Shown: in pieces, positions 16,852-25,337 of the stretch | Layout: each line of letters starts with the position of its first letter | Numbering within the stretch: position 1 is the stretch's first letter | Source of the DNA: a virus | Taxonomy: Duplodnaviria; Heunggongvirae; Uroviricota; Caudoviricetes | Strand: one strand, 5' to 3' | Length of the DNA stretch: 64,000 nt | IMG/VR virus record: IMGVR_UViG_2795385681_000001 | Location: 1 to 64,000 of that record | Program-made: the position numbers and the translations under genes | Notes under the pieces: model-generated | Seen by the model: only the letters and a program-made list of their open reading frames with translations | Database searches by the model: none | What the model was told of the DNA's origin: nothing

Positions 16852-17292
16852 CTCGCAGCGGAGAATGATTTGACTGAAGACGTGCTTCCCCATGAAGTTC
16901 CGAACCCTTTTGGGGCACAGAATGCTTCACGTCTCTCGCGCTTTCGCCTGGCGGGGCTAATAACACTCTCTCTCAACCGCATTGCGAGCCGTCACCCGAC
17001 GCGAGATCGATCATGGAAAACGCCCTTGCTTGCGAGGTTCGGACTCAGTTCCCTCCGCTCCACAGGAGGCTTGTTCAATAGCGCTTTCCACCGCACGACG
17101 GCTTGGTAGTCCCACCGGTTCACGGCCCTGGACTCACGCGTAACTCGCCACCTGGCAGCCATCTCTGACTGCTCAAGGATTGGATTGCATGGATTGCCCT
17201 TGCGGGTGGTGGGTTGTCACCCCACCTTTCACCACCTTGCGGTGACTTATGGGCCATGCCCCGAATGTCTAAACAATATCCCCCACAACAGA

Positions 17293-17305
17293 GTTCGTGT
17301 GGGTG
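17293..17305 (+). promoter_or_regulatory. variant copy of the 14-bp repeat (GTTCGTGTGGGTG) in the intra-array spacer
   Basis: 12/13 match to GTTCATGTGGGTG. Confidence 0.4.
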
Positions 17306-17378
17306 ACCCTGGCGTGCGTTAGCCAACCACCGGGGCCAGACAGATCGTGGGGCCGTAGCCGCAGGATCCGTACTTTGC

Positions 17379-17460
17379 GGAGAGGCAGGTATTCGAAACC
17401 TACTGCGAGCAGCGATCCGGTTAGCAACCGGGCCTAGTCACCTGACTAGTTGCGCTCTCC
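17379..17460 (-). tRNA. tRNA-Ser (GCT), class II
   Basis: 82 nt; anticodon stem ccgg/ccgg with loop ttGCTaa; long variable arm; T-arm aggt-TTCGAAT-acct. Confidence 0.65.
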
Positions 17461-17541
17461 AAAATCCACCCCTTCGGCGTCAACACTGGACTCGACGCAC
17501 CTGTATTCACTCTTAGCCATGGCCAGGCGGGTGGAGAACGA

Positions 17542-17625
17542 GGAAGGTAGAGGAATCGAACCCCCGAGTTTTCAGGCTCGCCCCGGTATTCGACGCCGGT
17601 TGCCGACCATTCAGCGGTGCCTTCC
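17542..17625 (-). tRNA. class II tRNA, probably Ser (CGA)
   Basis: 84 nt; T-arm ggggg-TTCGATT-cctct; acceptor ggaaggc/accttcc; anticodon loop gtCGAat; tentative. Confidence 0.45.
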
Positions 17626-17706
17626 ATATGCCCCATTTTGATAACGCAACTGGAGCTACTGCGGACAGTCAACTCATGGCAGGTACCTACCGGTTGACCC
17701 AAACGC

Positions 17707-17777
17707 TGACGACCCTGGATTCGAACCAAGAACTGCGAAGTTCAGAGCTTCGTGTGTTGCCGTTACACCAATCGTCA
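17707..17777 (-). tRNA. tRNA-Gln (CTG)
   Basis: D-arm gtgtaacggcaacac; anticodon stem cgaag/cttcg perfect with loop ctCTGaa; T-loop TTCGAAT. Confidence 0.7.
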
Positions 17778-17857
17778 AAGCTGAGACTGGCCTTGCGGGC
17801 AGTGGAACGTTTCTGCTTGCCGCAAGCCTTCAGTTCGTTCCACACCAGTCTCATTGT

Positions 17858-17933
17858 CTCGCCGTCAGGAGTCGAACCTGCACACCCAAAGGAACAGATT
17901 TACAGTCTGCGTTGATCGCCTATTCGCGACGAG
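17858..17933 (-). tRNA. tRNA-Tyr (GTA)
   Basis: T-arm gcagg-TTCGACT-cctga; anticodon loop ctGTAaa; extended variable region. Confidence 0.55.
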
Positions 17934-18011
17934 ATTGGAGGCACATCTTTTGCAGTGATGTGCCAATTCGTCTGGCCCACAATCGGATAGCTACTCCACT
18001 GTCGACGGCGC

Positions 18012-18082
18012 TGGCCTACCTGGACTCGAACCAGGAGTCAGGGATTAACAGTCCCACGGTTTGCCGATTAACCGACAGGCCA
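18012..18082 (-). tRNA. tRNA-Asn (GTT)
   Basis: T-arm cctgg-TTCGAGT-ccagg perfect; D-arm ggttaatcggcaaacc; anticodon loop ctGTTaa. Confidence 0.7.
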
Positions 18083-18288
18083 AGACCTCGGATATTTCAC
18101 GTCGATACCGAGGATAGGACGGACACCTTTCGCGGTCTCCCGCTCAGCTGTCAAGCTGGCCCAGATTCTCCCGACCTCACGGGTTAGCTCTGTGGCAGGC
18201 GCTTAGGTCTACTTCCCACCATGGTGACGCTAGGTGGGCGTAGCGGACAGTTCCCTTCTCGTGGAGGTGTACTGACAACCCGTCCCGT

Positions 18289-18358
18289 CAAGCTGGGAGG
18301 AATTGAACCTCCACCACCGGTACCCAAAACCGGCATGATCCCGTTTCACTACAGCCTG
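18289..18358 (-). tRNA. tRNA-Pro (TGG)
   Basis: T-arm ggagg-TTCAATT-cctcc perfect; anticodon stem ccggt/accgg perfect with loop ttTGGgt. Confidence 0.7.
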
Positions 18359-18642
18359 ATTGATGAACGACACGGCCCAGGTACGGCACCTCAGATCGGT
18401 GGCGGTTAGGCCCCTACTGCGGGATTACCCTGTCGTTCATTTGACCATCAGCATCCCGATGGCCGCGCGGAGATGTCTCTCCACATTCCCCGTAAGAACC
18501 GCTCCGTTCCGAGCGCTACTCGTACTTGGTTCTGGTTATGCGAGCCGGGGCCACGCGTCGTTTAACGAGGGTGCTCTGCCACTGAGCTACGGCCAGGGGG
18601 CTCCCCTAGCTGACCGGGATCGAACCGGCAACCTCCCTCTCG

Positions 18643-19007
18643 TGGAGCTGTGCGGAATTGAACCGCAGTCTTACGCTTCTCTTCACTGCCTTCTACGTGC
18701 GTAGTGATTTGGCTGCTTCTATACCGCTGCCCTACACAAAGCGGTTCGTCGGGCTTGCCACCGACGCTGCGTCACTTGCGCTGTTAGCCTCTGCGTAGTG
18801 TTTCTTCGTCACCTTTGAGGGTTCCCCGTATTGGCGACGGTGGATTGGTACACGGAACGGGTAAACCGTTATACCCCACCGGACTATGCCGCTAGGACGT
18901 AGTCGGACTGATGAGCGTTTGCGCTTATCAAGGTTGCACTGTTACGGGCGTTGCTTCCCGGCACGCTTCTCAGTAAGTTGACACGCAATCGAATGCCTGT
19001 CAGCCCC
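18643..19007 (-). ncRNA. ssrA: tmRNA (SsrA), about 365 nt, encoding tag peptide ANAHQSDYVLAA
   Basis: Minus-strand 5' end GGGGCTGACAGGCATTCGA pairs with 3' end GCGGTTCAATTCCGCACAGCTCCA (tRNA-like domain). Internal ORF GCAAACGCTCATCAGTCCGACTACGTCCTAGCGGCATAG gives A-N-A-H-Q-S-D-Y-V-L-A-A-stop, close to the mycobacterial tag ADSHQRDYALAA. Confidence 0.75.
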
Positions 19008-19063
19008 ATTGAAACTACTATCTCTATGGAGTTTTCAAATGTCATGCCACACAGGGGCATTGC

Positions 19064-19133
19064 ACGGGTGGAGAGAATCGAACTCCCACTAACGGGTTTG
19101 GAATCCGTTGTCCTACCTTTGGACCACACCCAT
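19064..19133 (-). tRNA. tRNA-Trp (CCA)
   Basis: T-arm gggag-TTCGATT-ctctc; anticodon loop ttCCAaa; first gene after the upstream motif and terminator. Confidence 0.65.
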
Positions 19134-19187
19134 ATCACCAGGTTTTCGGGCTCTGGTAGCCCCTCTTGCTGTACCGAGTCTATGGCC

Positions 19188-19201
19188 TACCCACATGAAC
19201 C
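19188..19201 (-). promoter_or_regulatory. 14-bp repeat (minus strand reads GGTTCATGTGGGTA) just upstream of the tRNA/tmRNA array
   Basis: Exact TACCCACATGAACC on the + strand, between the terminator at 19209-19247 and tRNA-Trp; position fits a promoter for the array. Confidence 0.55.
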
Positions 19202-19208
19202 TCCACGG

Positions 19209-19247
19209 AATAAAAATGGGCCCCGATCCGCTGAGGAACCGGGGCCC
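19209..19247 (-). terminator. rho-independent terminator after gene 19268..19448
   Basis: Minus strand: ggccccggttcctcagcggatcggggcc followed by CATTTTTATT. Confidence 0.65.
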
Positions 19248-19267
19248 AAACGCCGTGAAGTCAGTGC

Positions 19268-19448
19268 TTACTGCTTGGTTGGGAAAGTTCCATCATCAGC
19301 CGGAATGGTGCCGTTCCACCATCCATGAGCCTTCGCCTGTGACCACTTGTCGCGGTCAGCCGACCCATAAATGGCCTCAACCACCTGCGAGCGGAAGAGA
19401 TCCGCCTGCGGGGTACCGGCCACTGGCTTGTTGGTCTGGTTAGCCATT
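19268..19448 (-). CDS. hypothetical protein (60 aa)
   Basis: ATG with RBS aaggac (MANQTNKPVAG...); listed ORF 19268..19486 trimmed. Confidence 0.4.
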
Positions 19449-19524
19449 TGAGAGTCCTTGCGTGAAAGTCTTTGATGCACAGACACTGTGCTTACACATT
19501 AATGATAGCACGTGTTTGCTGGCT

Positions 19525-19842
19525 CTATTCTCGCCAGTTACGCGAGGTGGGGTGTTTGACCTTCTTCTTGGCCTTCCCGCCTCGGCGCTGGTTGCAAACC
19601 AGATGGCAGGGAACGAGATTCGAAACGTCGTAGCACAACGGGTCGTCCCACGCGAGATCTTTCACGGGGATAATATGGTCAACGGTCGCGCTCTTAGGAT
19701 CGGGCCATGGAAGGGTTAGGTCGATGATTTCATGGCACTCGTCGCAGATCTGGTTCGCCCGTAGTACTCGGGCTTTCGCCTTGTCGAACTTGACTCCAGT
19801 GCGACCGAGAGAGCGCGGGCCGTTCTTCGATGAAGTCGGCAA
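19525..19842 (-). CDS. HNH endonuclease
   Basis: CDECHEIID..DHIIP..CHLVCNQRRG HNH motifs. Confidence 0.7.
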   Translation of the reverse strand: MPTSSKNGPRSLGRTGVKFDKAKARVLRANQICDECHEIIDLTLPWPDPKSATVDHIIPVKDLAWDDPLCYDVSNLVPCHLVCNQRRGGKAKKKVKHPTSRNWRE

Positions 19843-19863
19843 TGGGTTCCTCTACCCATTATC

Positions 19864-20076
19864 TCACGATCTGTCAGCTTCACTCTCCGCATCGCTGTAG
19901 CCCATGTCGTATCCCTCGTCGTACCCGGTGTCATAACCGCGCCGGTAATCAGGCCCCCTAGTGCTACTAAGGCTGTGTGACAGGTCTTCCCAACGAAGCT
20001 GCTCTTCGTGCTCCAGCTCGTACCAGTACTTCGAACCGCATGGACGCCATAGGTCATAGATCTCAGAGCCAGTCAT
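19864..20076 (-). CDS. hypothetical acidic protein (70 aa)
   Basis: Listed ORF with GYD-repeat acidic C-terminus. Confidence 0.4.
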   Translation of the reverse strand: MTGSEIYDLWRPCGSKYWYELEHEEQLRWEDLSHSLSSTRGPDYRRGYDTGYDEGYDMGYSDAESEADRS

Positions 20077-20479
20077 AGGTTGACTCTTTGTAGTCGTCCG
20101 GGTGGTGAATTCCGTTCTTACCCAGACGAAACCATCCGCGCCCCGGCCAGGTCACATCAAGGATGTCTAGGAAGTATCGCCTCTTGGAGACCTCGACAAT
20201 GTCAAGCTTGACGGGATACTTATCTATTACAGACTTCGTGGGTGAGACGCGGTGGGCGTAAGGAAAGAACCAATCGTCGCGGCCATCAAAGTACTCAATA
20301 CTCCCCGCCCATGAGTCTTTCCAGTCTGTCCCGCCATCCACCGAAAGCCGACTGATGGCGATGTAGTTCGTTCCGTCCTGCTCCTGTAGCTCACGACGCC
20401 ACCAGCAGATGACGGTCGGCTTCTTTCGGGTGTCACCCGCCACTACCAGTAGCCTGCTCACAGTGGCAACCCGGCCCAA
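20063..20479 (-). CDS. hypothetical protein (138 aa)
   Basis: Listed ORF, coupled to neighbouring genes. Confidence 0.5.
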   Translation of the reverse strand: MGRVATVSRLLVVAGDTRKKPTVICWWRRELQEQDGTNYIAISRLSVDGGTDWKDSWAGSIEYFDGRDDWFFPYAHRVSPTKSVIDKYPVKLDIVEVSKRRYFLDILDVTWPGRGWFRLGKNGIHHPDDYKESTYDWL

Positions 20480-20703
20480 CCTTCAAGGCGCACTAGACGG
20501 CGCTCAAGCTCATCTAGACGCGAGTTCTGGGTCCTGTCGGTGTCATCTACAGTCAGACGGAATCCAGCCGCGTAGAGCGCTTCCGCAGACTTCTTGGCCG
20601 ACGACTCTGTCACGTAATGGCTCTTCCAGTCACCCCATCGGTCTTGCACCCTGGCGGTTGAGTGCTGGAGGACCAGCGCGGCCATCACATCAACGTCGGA
20701 CAC
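20458..20703 (-). CDS. hypothetical protein (81 aa)
   Basis: Listed ORF. Confidence 0.45.
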   Translation of the reverse strand: MSDVDVMAALVLQHSTARVQDRWGDWKSHYVTESSAKKSAEALYAAGFRLTVDDTDRTQNSRLDELERRLVRLEGWAGLPL

Positions 20704-20711
20704 GTCCCCAC

Positions 20712-21572
20712 CTACTTGGTGGGGACGGTCGGCATAACTGGCGTCGGCCAGCAGAGGAGCGCGAGGCCTCTCTCCTTAGCAATGTCCAAGCACTTGGAGA
20801 CAAGGACGTTGGGATCATGAGACACCGAGTCGGCAAGCTTCTTGTTAGCGTCCGCTTGGGCCAGCGCGGTCTGCTGATCCTGGAGGGCTACCGAGGTGGC
20901 CGCGCGAGCCTGGTTGATCTGGTTGATCTTCGCTTCCGTGCCCTCGTCGTAGTCGATCGTCGGGACAGCTACGTCCAAGATTTCGACTTGGGTGCCCACC
21001 TTTTCGGCAAGGATTTTGCGGGCCTGATCGGAGAGCTCCGGTAGCGGAGACTTGTCCAGATTCTTTGGGGCCAAAGGGTCGAACGTCGCGAACACCTCGT
21101 TCAACGCAACCTGCAGATTTCGTGTCACCAAGTTGGTCCGTACGTTGTCGAACGTCTTGTACTGGACGAACAGCTCCGGGGTGGCTTCCTGCTTGATCTG
21201 CCAGCGCACTGACACGTCAGCGTCTGCGGTCGACGAGTTACCGAGGCGTACCTTGATTCGGTTCGTGTCCTTGTGCTGATCGATCTGGATAGCCCCATCC
21301 ATTTCAGTCACATTCGCCCATGGAGCCTTGAAGTGCAGACCATTGGACAGAGTGCTTCCGTTGGGTCGGCCAAAGGTGGTCTCGATACCGATCTGGCGAG
21401 TACCAACGGTGGTAATCGAGGCGAAGATGCCGAAGACAAGCGCAAGCACTCCCGCGACTCCAGTTACCAGGAGGGAGGCTGGGCGATCTTCCTTACGCAG
21501 GATCGGTGTCGCAACCAAAGCAACAGCGCCAATGATGAGCAGGATCAGGGTGATCCACATTGTGGGCGGCAT
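20712..21572 (-). CDS. SPFH/band-7 (prohibitin/HflC-like) membrane protein
   Basis: N-terminal TM helix, then an SPFH core (KAPWANV..IQIDQ..VSVRWQI) and a coiled-coil C-terminus. Confidence 0.75.
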   Translation of the reverse strand: MPPTMWITLILLIIGAVALVATPILRKEDRPASLLVTGVAGVLALVFGIFASITTVGTRQIGIETTFGRPNGSTLSNGLHFKAPWANVTEMDGAIQIDQHKDTNRIKVRLGNSSTADADVSVRWQIKQEATPELFVQYKTFDNVRTNLVTRNLQVALNEVFATFDPLAPKNLDKSPLPELSDQARKILAEKVGTQVEILDVAVPTIDYDEGTEAKINQINQARAATSVALQDQQTALAQADANKKLADSVSHDPNVLVSKCLDIAKERGLALLCWPTPVMPTVPTK

Positions 21573-21677
21573 AAGCGTTCTCCTAGAGTTTGTTGGTGAG
21601 TAGTTCGGCTACGGTCACGGGACGTTGGGCCCCGCGCCGGAAGTGAAACAACCTGCGGTAGAACTCAATTAGTCGCT

Positions 21678-22250
21678 TCATGCGACCGAGTAGAAGCGGT
21701 CCATGAAGGACTCGACAGACACGTCATGGGCTTCCCACTTCGTCAGCTGCTCGTTGTAGCGCGACTGGATATCTCCACTACCGAAGCTGTGCACCCACTT
21801 CAGGTTCTCCGCGCTGCAGTTGTCGGGGTCGTCGTCAAGGTGCTGCACTCGCCAGAGCTGGCATGCGCTGCGGTCATTGCGGTTGTATGGCAGTCCGTGG
21901 AATGCCGACGCAACGAGGGTGTCGACTCGGTGGTCTTGGGTCCAGCTGCTTTCGCGGCCCGAACCTCGGTAGATCGACACATACAGGTGGTCGTTCAGAA
22001 GGTGTCGGCCACCTCCCCCGCCGCCAACCCGCTGGATCAGCAGGCGACCTCGGTAGTGACGGGCGAATGTAGTGCCATCCTTCCGCACGTACTCCTTGTG
22101 GTAGGGGCGCGTGCGAACCTGTCCCGTGTTGGATACTTGGAATCGTTCCTCCAAAAATGGGACCTGCTTCCACACCAGCGCAGGCGTCTCCAGTTCCGGC
22201 CAGGTGTCCATCGGGGTCTTCCAGGGCTTCCGGTGTCCGGTCACACCCAT
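21678..22250 (-). CDS. HNH homing endonuclease (NUMOD4 + HNH_3)
   Basis: RFQVSNTGQVRTRP (NUMOD4-like) and HLDDDPDNCSAENLKWV (HNH_3-like). Confidence 0.6.
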   Translation of the reverse strand: MGVTGHRKPWKTPMDTWPELETPALVWKQVPFLEERFQVSNTGQVRTRPYHKEYVRKDGTTFARHYRGRLLIQRVGGGGGGRHLLNDHLYVSIYRGSGRESSWTQDHRVDTLVASAFHGLPYNRNDRSACQLWRVQHLDDDPDNCSAENLKWVHSFGSGDIQSRYNEQLTKWEAHDVSVESFMDRFYSVA

Positions 22251-22765
22251 GACAGCACCTCAGCTTCGAACGCGGGGTTGCATAGAACCGCTGGCGATCG
22301 AGTGGCACGAAGGTGCTCAACGATCTCCTTGCCGGTACCGATTTCCCCGTCAAGCCAAAGTGCGCGGGCCGCAATCAGAGCTGACCGGTTTAGTCCGGCC
22401 TGGCAATGAACGAGCACGGGGCCGGTACGTCTCTTAGCGGCAACCCAGAGGGCGATCTCCTCAACCTGCGAGGTGTCCTGCCCTGTTGAGTCATACATAG
22501 TGACGTAGAGCTCCGAGGCGAGATGCTCGTGAGTCTTGTAGCGCTCCCACGGATACAGAGACACAAGGTGCTTGATGTTCCCGGGAAGCTTCAGACCTGT
22601 CTCGCATCCACCCTGCCAGAGGTTCTCACCGATCTCCGTCATGTACGGAACGTCGAACGGGATCCAGCCGTGAGCGGTGGTGCCGCGCATACGGCGCTCG
22701 AGAGGGTTAGTGGAGATGTCAATCGCGGTGGGATCTAGATGATCCCCATTCAGCTTCCCCATCAA
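22241..22765 (-). CDS. dual-specificity / protein-tyrosine phosphatase
   Basis: Active-site P-loop VHCQAGLNRS (CX5R). Confidence 0.7.
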   Translation of the reverse strand: MMGKLNGDHLDPTAIDISTNPLERRMRGTTAHGWIPFDVPYMTEIGENLWQGGCETGLKLPGNIKHLVSLYPWERYKTHEHLASELYVTMYDSTGQDTSQVEEIALWVAAKRRTGPVLVHCQAGLNRSALIAARALWLDGEIGTGKEIVEHLRATRSPAVLCNPAFEAEVLSWV

Positions 22766-22977
22766 CGTCCTTCCTCAGCCCAGTAGGCCTCCATCACCTT
22801 GGTGACTGCCTTGTACCAGTCCGGGCGACCGCTCAGCTCTCCATCCACGGCGTCGAAATACACTTCACCCGTGGTGGTTTCCTCGATCTCGCCGTCCAAG
22901 TACTGCCGGTCGAGCTCACTGACGAATACCTCTTCGAGCTGGCGGATGAGCACCGTGTCGTCAGGGCGCAAACTCAC
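22762..22977 (-). CDS. hypothetical protein (71 aa)
   Basis: Listed ORF, overlap-coupled. Confidence 0.45.
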   Translation of the reverse strand: MSLRPDDTVLIRQLEEVFVSELDRQYLDGEIEETTTGEVYFDAVDGELSGRPDWYKAVTKVMEAYWAEEGR

Positions 22978-23187
22978 CTAGATCTGCTCCAATTCGGCGA
23001 TGAACTCCTCAGGGAAGGCACCCGAGTCTTTCGCGGCTGCGACGAAGGCGTCAGCGAGTGCGTTGATTCCCGCGTCCGTGCCAAGCCATGAGAAGAACTG
23101 GCCGGATGACTCGATGGGGATACCCGTGAAACCGATATCCACGGTTTCGCCCACAATCTTGAACGTGGTAACAATCTGTGAACTCAT
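22978..23187 (-). CDS. hypothetical protein (69 aa)
   Basis: Listed ORF. Confidence 0.45.
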   Translation of the reverse strand: MSSQIVTTFKIVGETVDIGFTGIPIESSGQFFSWLGTDAGINALADAFVAAAKDSGAFPEEFIAELEQI

Positions 23188-23188
23188 A

Positions 23189-23995
23189 CTAAACTCCCAC
23201 TACTTCAATGGATTTCATGGACTTGACATCGCGCAACCACTTGCCACACTCCTGGCATTGGAACCTCGCGTATTCGCGCGTCGCGGACTTCCGCGTCCCT
23301 TGGCGGGTAATGTGCGTGGAACTGCAATTTGGACAGTGCATCTCACCGTCCGTCTCCCACATGCCGAGGTTCATGCCTCGCAACCATGGTCGCGAGTCGT
23401 AGAAGAGCTCGACGGTCTGGTCGACATCGCGGATGTTGTACTTCTTCATCGACCTTCGCGCACGACGAAGCACGTCACCTTGACCGAAGCGCAGGTCCCG
23501 CCAGAGACCCTTCGCGGTCTCTTCCTTGCCGTCCATCGCCTTCGCCTTGGTGACGTAGCGCATTGACTTGGCGTAGGGGTTGAAGTTCCGCGCGATCTCC
23601 TTCATGAGATCGATATCCACATGGGGTGCGGGTGGGGTGAGGTCGTAGTACCAGAACGCTGTGTTGAGGTGCTTGACGTCGAAGTTCTTGCTGTTGTAAC
23701 CGACGACGTAGTCCGCTGCCGAAAGGAGATCCCAGGCTTCCTCCACCATTGACTGATGGCCACCGCCAGGGGTGTGGGACTCGTTATCCTGCGGAAGGTT
23801 TCCATCCCATTCGGCGACGAACTGTGTCTTGTGGTCAGGATCGTCAATCCACCGGTAGGCAAAGCAGATGGTGCGAGGTGGCTCGATAACACGTTCAGGG
23901 GCAATCCAACTGCCGTACTGCTTCCCTTCCCACACACCGTCGACCAAAGCCGACTGGCGCTCGATATCGATGGCCAGGATCTTCGCATCCGTCAT
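23189..23995 (-). CDS. DnaQ-like 3'-5' exonuclease (RNase H-like fold) with a C-terminal zinc finger
   Basis: ILAIDIE (Exo I) and GYNSKNFDVKHL (Exo II) motifs; CPNC..CQEC zinc ribbon; start set at MTDAKIL with RBS gagatagg. Confidence 0.6.
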   Translation of the reverse strand: MTDAKILAIDIERQSALVDGVWEGKQYGSWIAPERVIEPPRTICFAYRWIDDPDHKTQFVAEWDGNLPQDNESHTPGGGHQSMVEEAWDLLSAADYVVGYNSKNFDVKHLNTAFWYYDLTPPAPHVDIDLMKEIARNFNPYAKSMRYVTKAKAMDGKEETAKGLWRDLRFGQGDVLRRARRSMKKYNIRDVDQTVELFYDSRPWLRGMNLGMWETDGEMHCPNCSSTHITRQGTRKSATREYARFQCQECGKWLRDVKSMKSIEVVGV

Positions 23996-24008
23996 GTATT
24001 CGCCTATC

Positions 24009-24242
24009 TCAGTTCTGGAACTGCTTTTCGAGCTTCGCGATGTCGAGCCCATCCCAATGGGCGACGAATTCTCCTGTCATGGAGCGCAATTGCTCTCCAG
24101 ACATGAGGAAGGCATGTACGTCACCGCTCTCATGAGCAAGTACCTGAACGAAGATGTTCTCGGTGACGCGGATAGTCACGCCCATATCCGTCTTGATGGC
24201 TTCGAGCTGACCGAAATGCTCGAACTCGCCCGTGGCACTCAC
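24009..24242 (-). CDS. hypothetical protein (77 aa)
   Basis: Listed ORF. Confidence 0.4.
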   Translation of the reverse strand: MSATGEFEHFGQLEAIKTDMGVTIRVTENIFVQVLAHESGDVHAFLMSGEQLRSMTGEFVAHWDGLDIAKLEKQFQN

Positions 24243-24508
24243 TAGGAGGCTGTGAAGCAGTCGAGGGTCGTACCAGTGAGAAGGGCCTCGAGCAGCCTGT
24301 CAGCCATCTCGTTGCGCTCTTCCACGGTCTGCACCCAGGCGCTCTTTGGAGACGCTACGAGCGTGTCGGGCCCTGCGACGATCAGGAGGTAACGTCCATC
24401 CTCCAGTGCGACCGTGACGTGTCCGTTGGAGTAATGGAACGGGAGCTGCGTCCCTGGTGTTTTCAAAGTTTCCATGTGTCCCAGTTTATTTCGGCACACT
24501 GGGTTCAT
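24242..24508 (-). CDS. hypothetical protein (88 aa) whose ATG lies inside the 14-bp repeat
   Basis: Start MNPV inside TACCCACATGAACC (minus sense); alternative start METLK at 24475. Confidence 0.4.
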   Translation of the reverse strand: MNPVCRNKLGHMETLKTPGTQLPFHYSNGHVTVALEDGRYLLIVAGPDTLVASPKSAWVQTVEERNEMADRLLEALLTGTTLDCFTAS

Positions 24509-24515
24509 GTGGGTA
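24502..24515 (+). promoter_or_regulatory. 14-bp repeat GGTTCATGTGGGTA
   Basis: Exact copy at an intergenic boundary. Confidence 0.55.
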
Positions 24516-24516
24516 G

Positions 24517-24738
24517 CTATTTTCGGCCGAAACCTGCGTACGGGTCGACCTTCTCGTTGAGGTAGTTCAGGAGATGCAATCCTGTAATTCCAACTGCTGC
24601 ATGGCAAATGGTCCAACCAAGACGAGAGCCCAGCCACCGGTCGAACTGGTGACTGAGCTTCTCATCATCGGGGGCAAAGTATTCAATGGCGGCGATATAC
24701 GCCACCAGGCCGATCCAGCCCTTTTCGGAATAGCGCAT
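24517..24738 (-). CDS. small membrane protein (73 aa)
   Basis: Two hydrophobic segments. Confidence 0.45.
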   Translation of the reverse strand: MRYSEKGWIGLVAYIAAIEYFAPDDEKLSHQFDRWLGSRLGWTICHAAVGITGLHLLNYLNEKVDPYAGFGRK

Positions 24739-25337
24739 TAGTCGCGGGTGAACGGCCCGTTGTTATAGGTGTAGGTGAGCAGATTCTCCGAAGACCACGA
24801 CCACCTGTGATAGCCCGGGTCGTCAGCACGGTAATGCCAACCTGATTTTCCGCTGTCGGCCCTCCAAGCATAAATCAGATACCTGCTGCGCCATTCGAAC
24901 TCCCGCATCCACTCTTCGTCCAGGTTTTTGACCTCCCTGGGTCGAGGCACCTTCGGCCACACCTGCTCGCCAAGCTTCTCCTCTAGCCTCTTAGGGATCT
25001 TGAAGCGGTCATCGAACTCTGGGAAATGCTTGCGGAAGTACTTGAGTGTCAGCGCATGGAAGATCACACAGTCCAGGTGTTCCTGGCCGGTTCCACCCTC
25101 GCCGTCGTCGAACTCATTCCCCGCCCACCACTCCATGGCATGACGGTTCATCGCGTCATAGCTCTTCGACCACTCATAGCCCTTGGCCCAGTTGTGGTCT
25201 GAGTACTTCTTCGCGCCCTTGCCGTAGAGCTCCGCGACCTCTAGCAGCTCACGTACGGGAAGTAGGGACATGCGAACGTCATTGCCCGCCTTCTGCCCTC
25301 CAGTGGGTGACGTGGTCATCACTTCGCCAACACTCAC
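24738..25337 (-). CDS. dATP/dGTP diphosphohydrolase-like domain protein
   Basis: LLPVRELLEVAELYGKGAKKYSDHNWAKG..AMNRHAMEWWAG resembles the phage dATP/dGTP pyrophosphohydrolase N-terminal domain. Confidence 0.5.
   Translation of the reverse strand: MSVGEVMTTSPTGGQKAGNDVRMSLLPVRELLEVAELYGKGAKKYSDHNWAKGYEWSKSYDAMNRHAMEWWAGNEFDDGEGGTGQEHLDCVIFHALTLKYFRKHFPEFDDRFKIPKRLEEKLGEQVWPKVPRPREVKNLDEEWMREFEWRSRYLIYAWRADSGKSGWHYRADDPGYHRWSWSSENLLTYTYNNGPFTRD

Noticed and set aside
15246-19443. Many listed ORFs of 60-125 aa on both strands across the tRNA/tmRNA array (for example 15413..15628, 16112..16504, 17421..17729, 18360..18704, 18951..19328)
   Set aside because: They overlap tRNA cloverleafs or the tmRNA, overlap each other in several frames, have biased Arg/Pro/Gly-rich composition and lack RBSs; chance ORFs in high-GC RNA genes.
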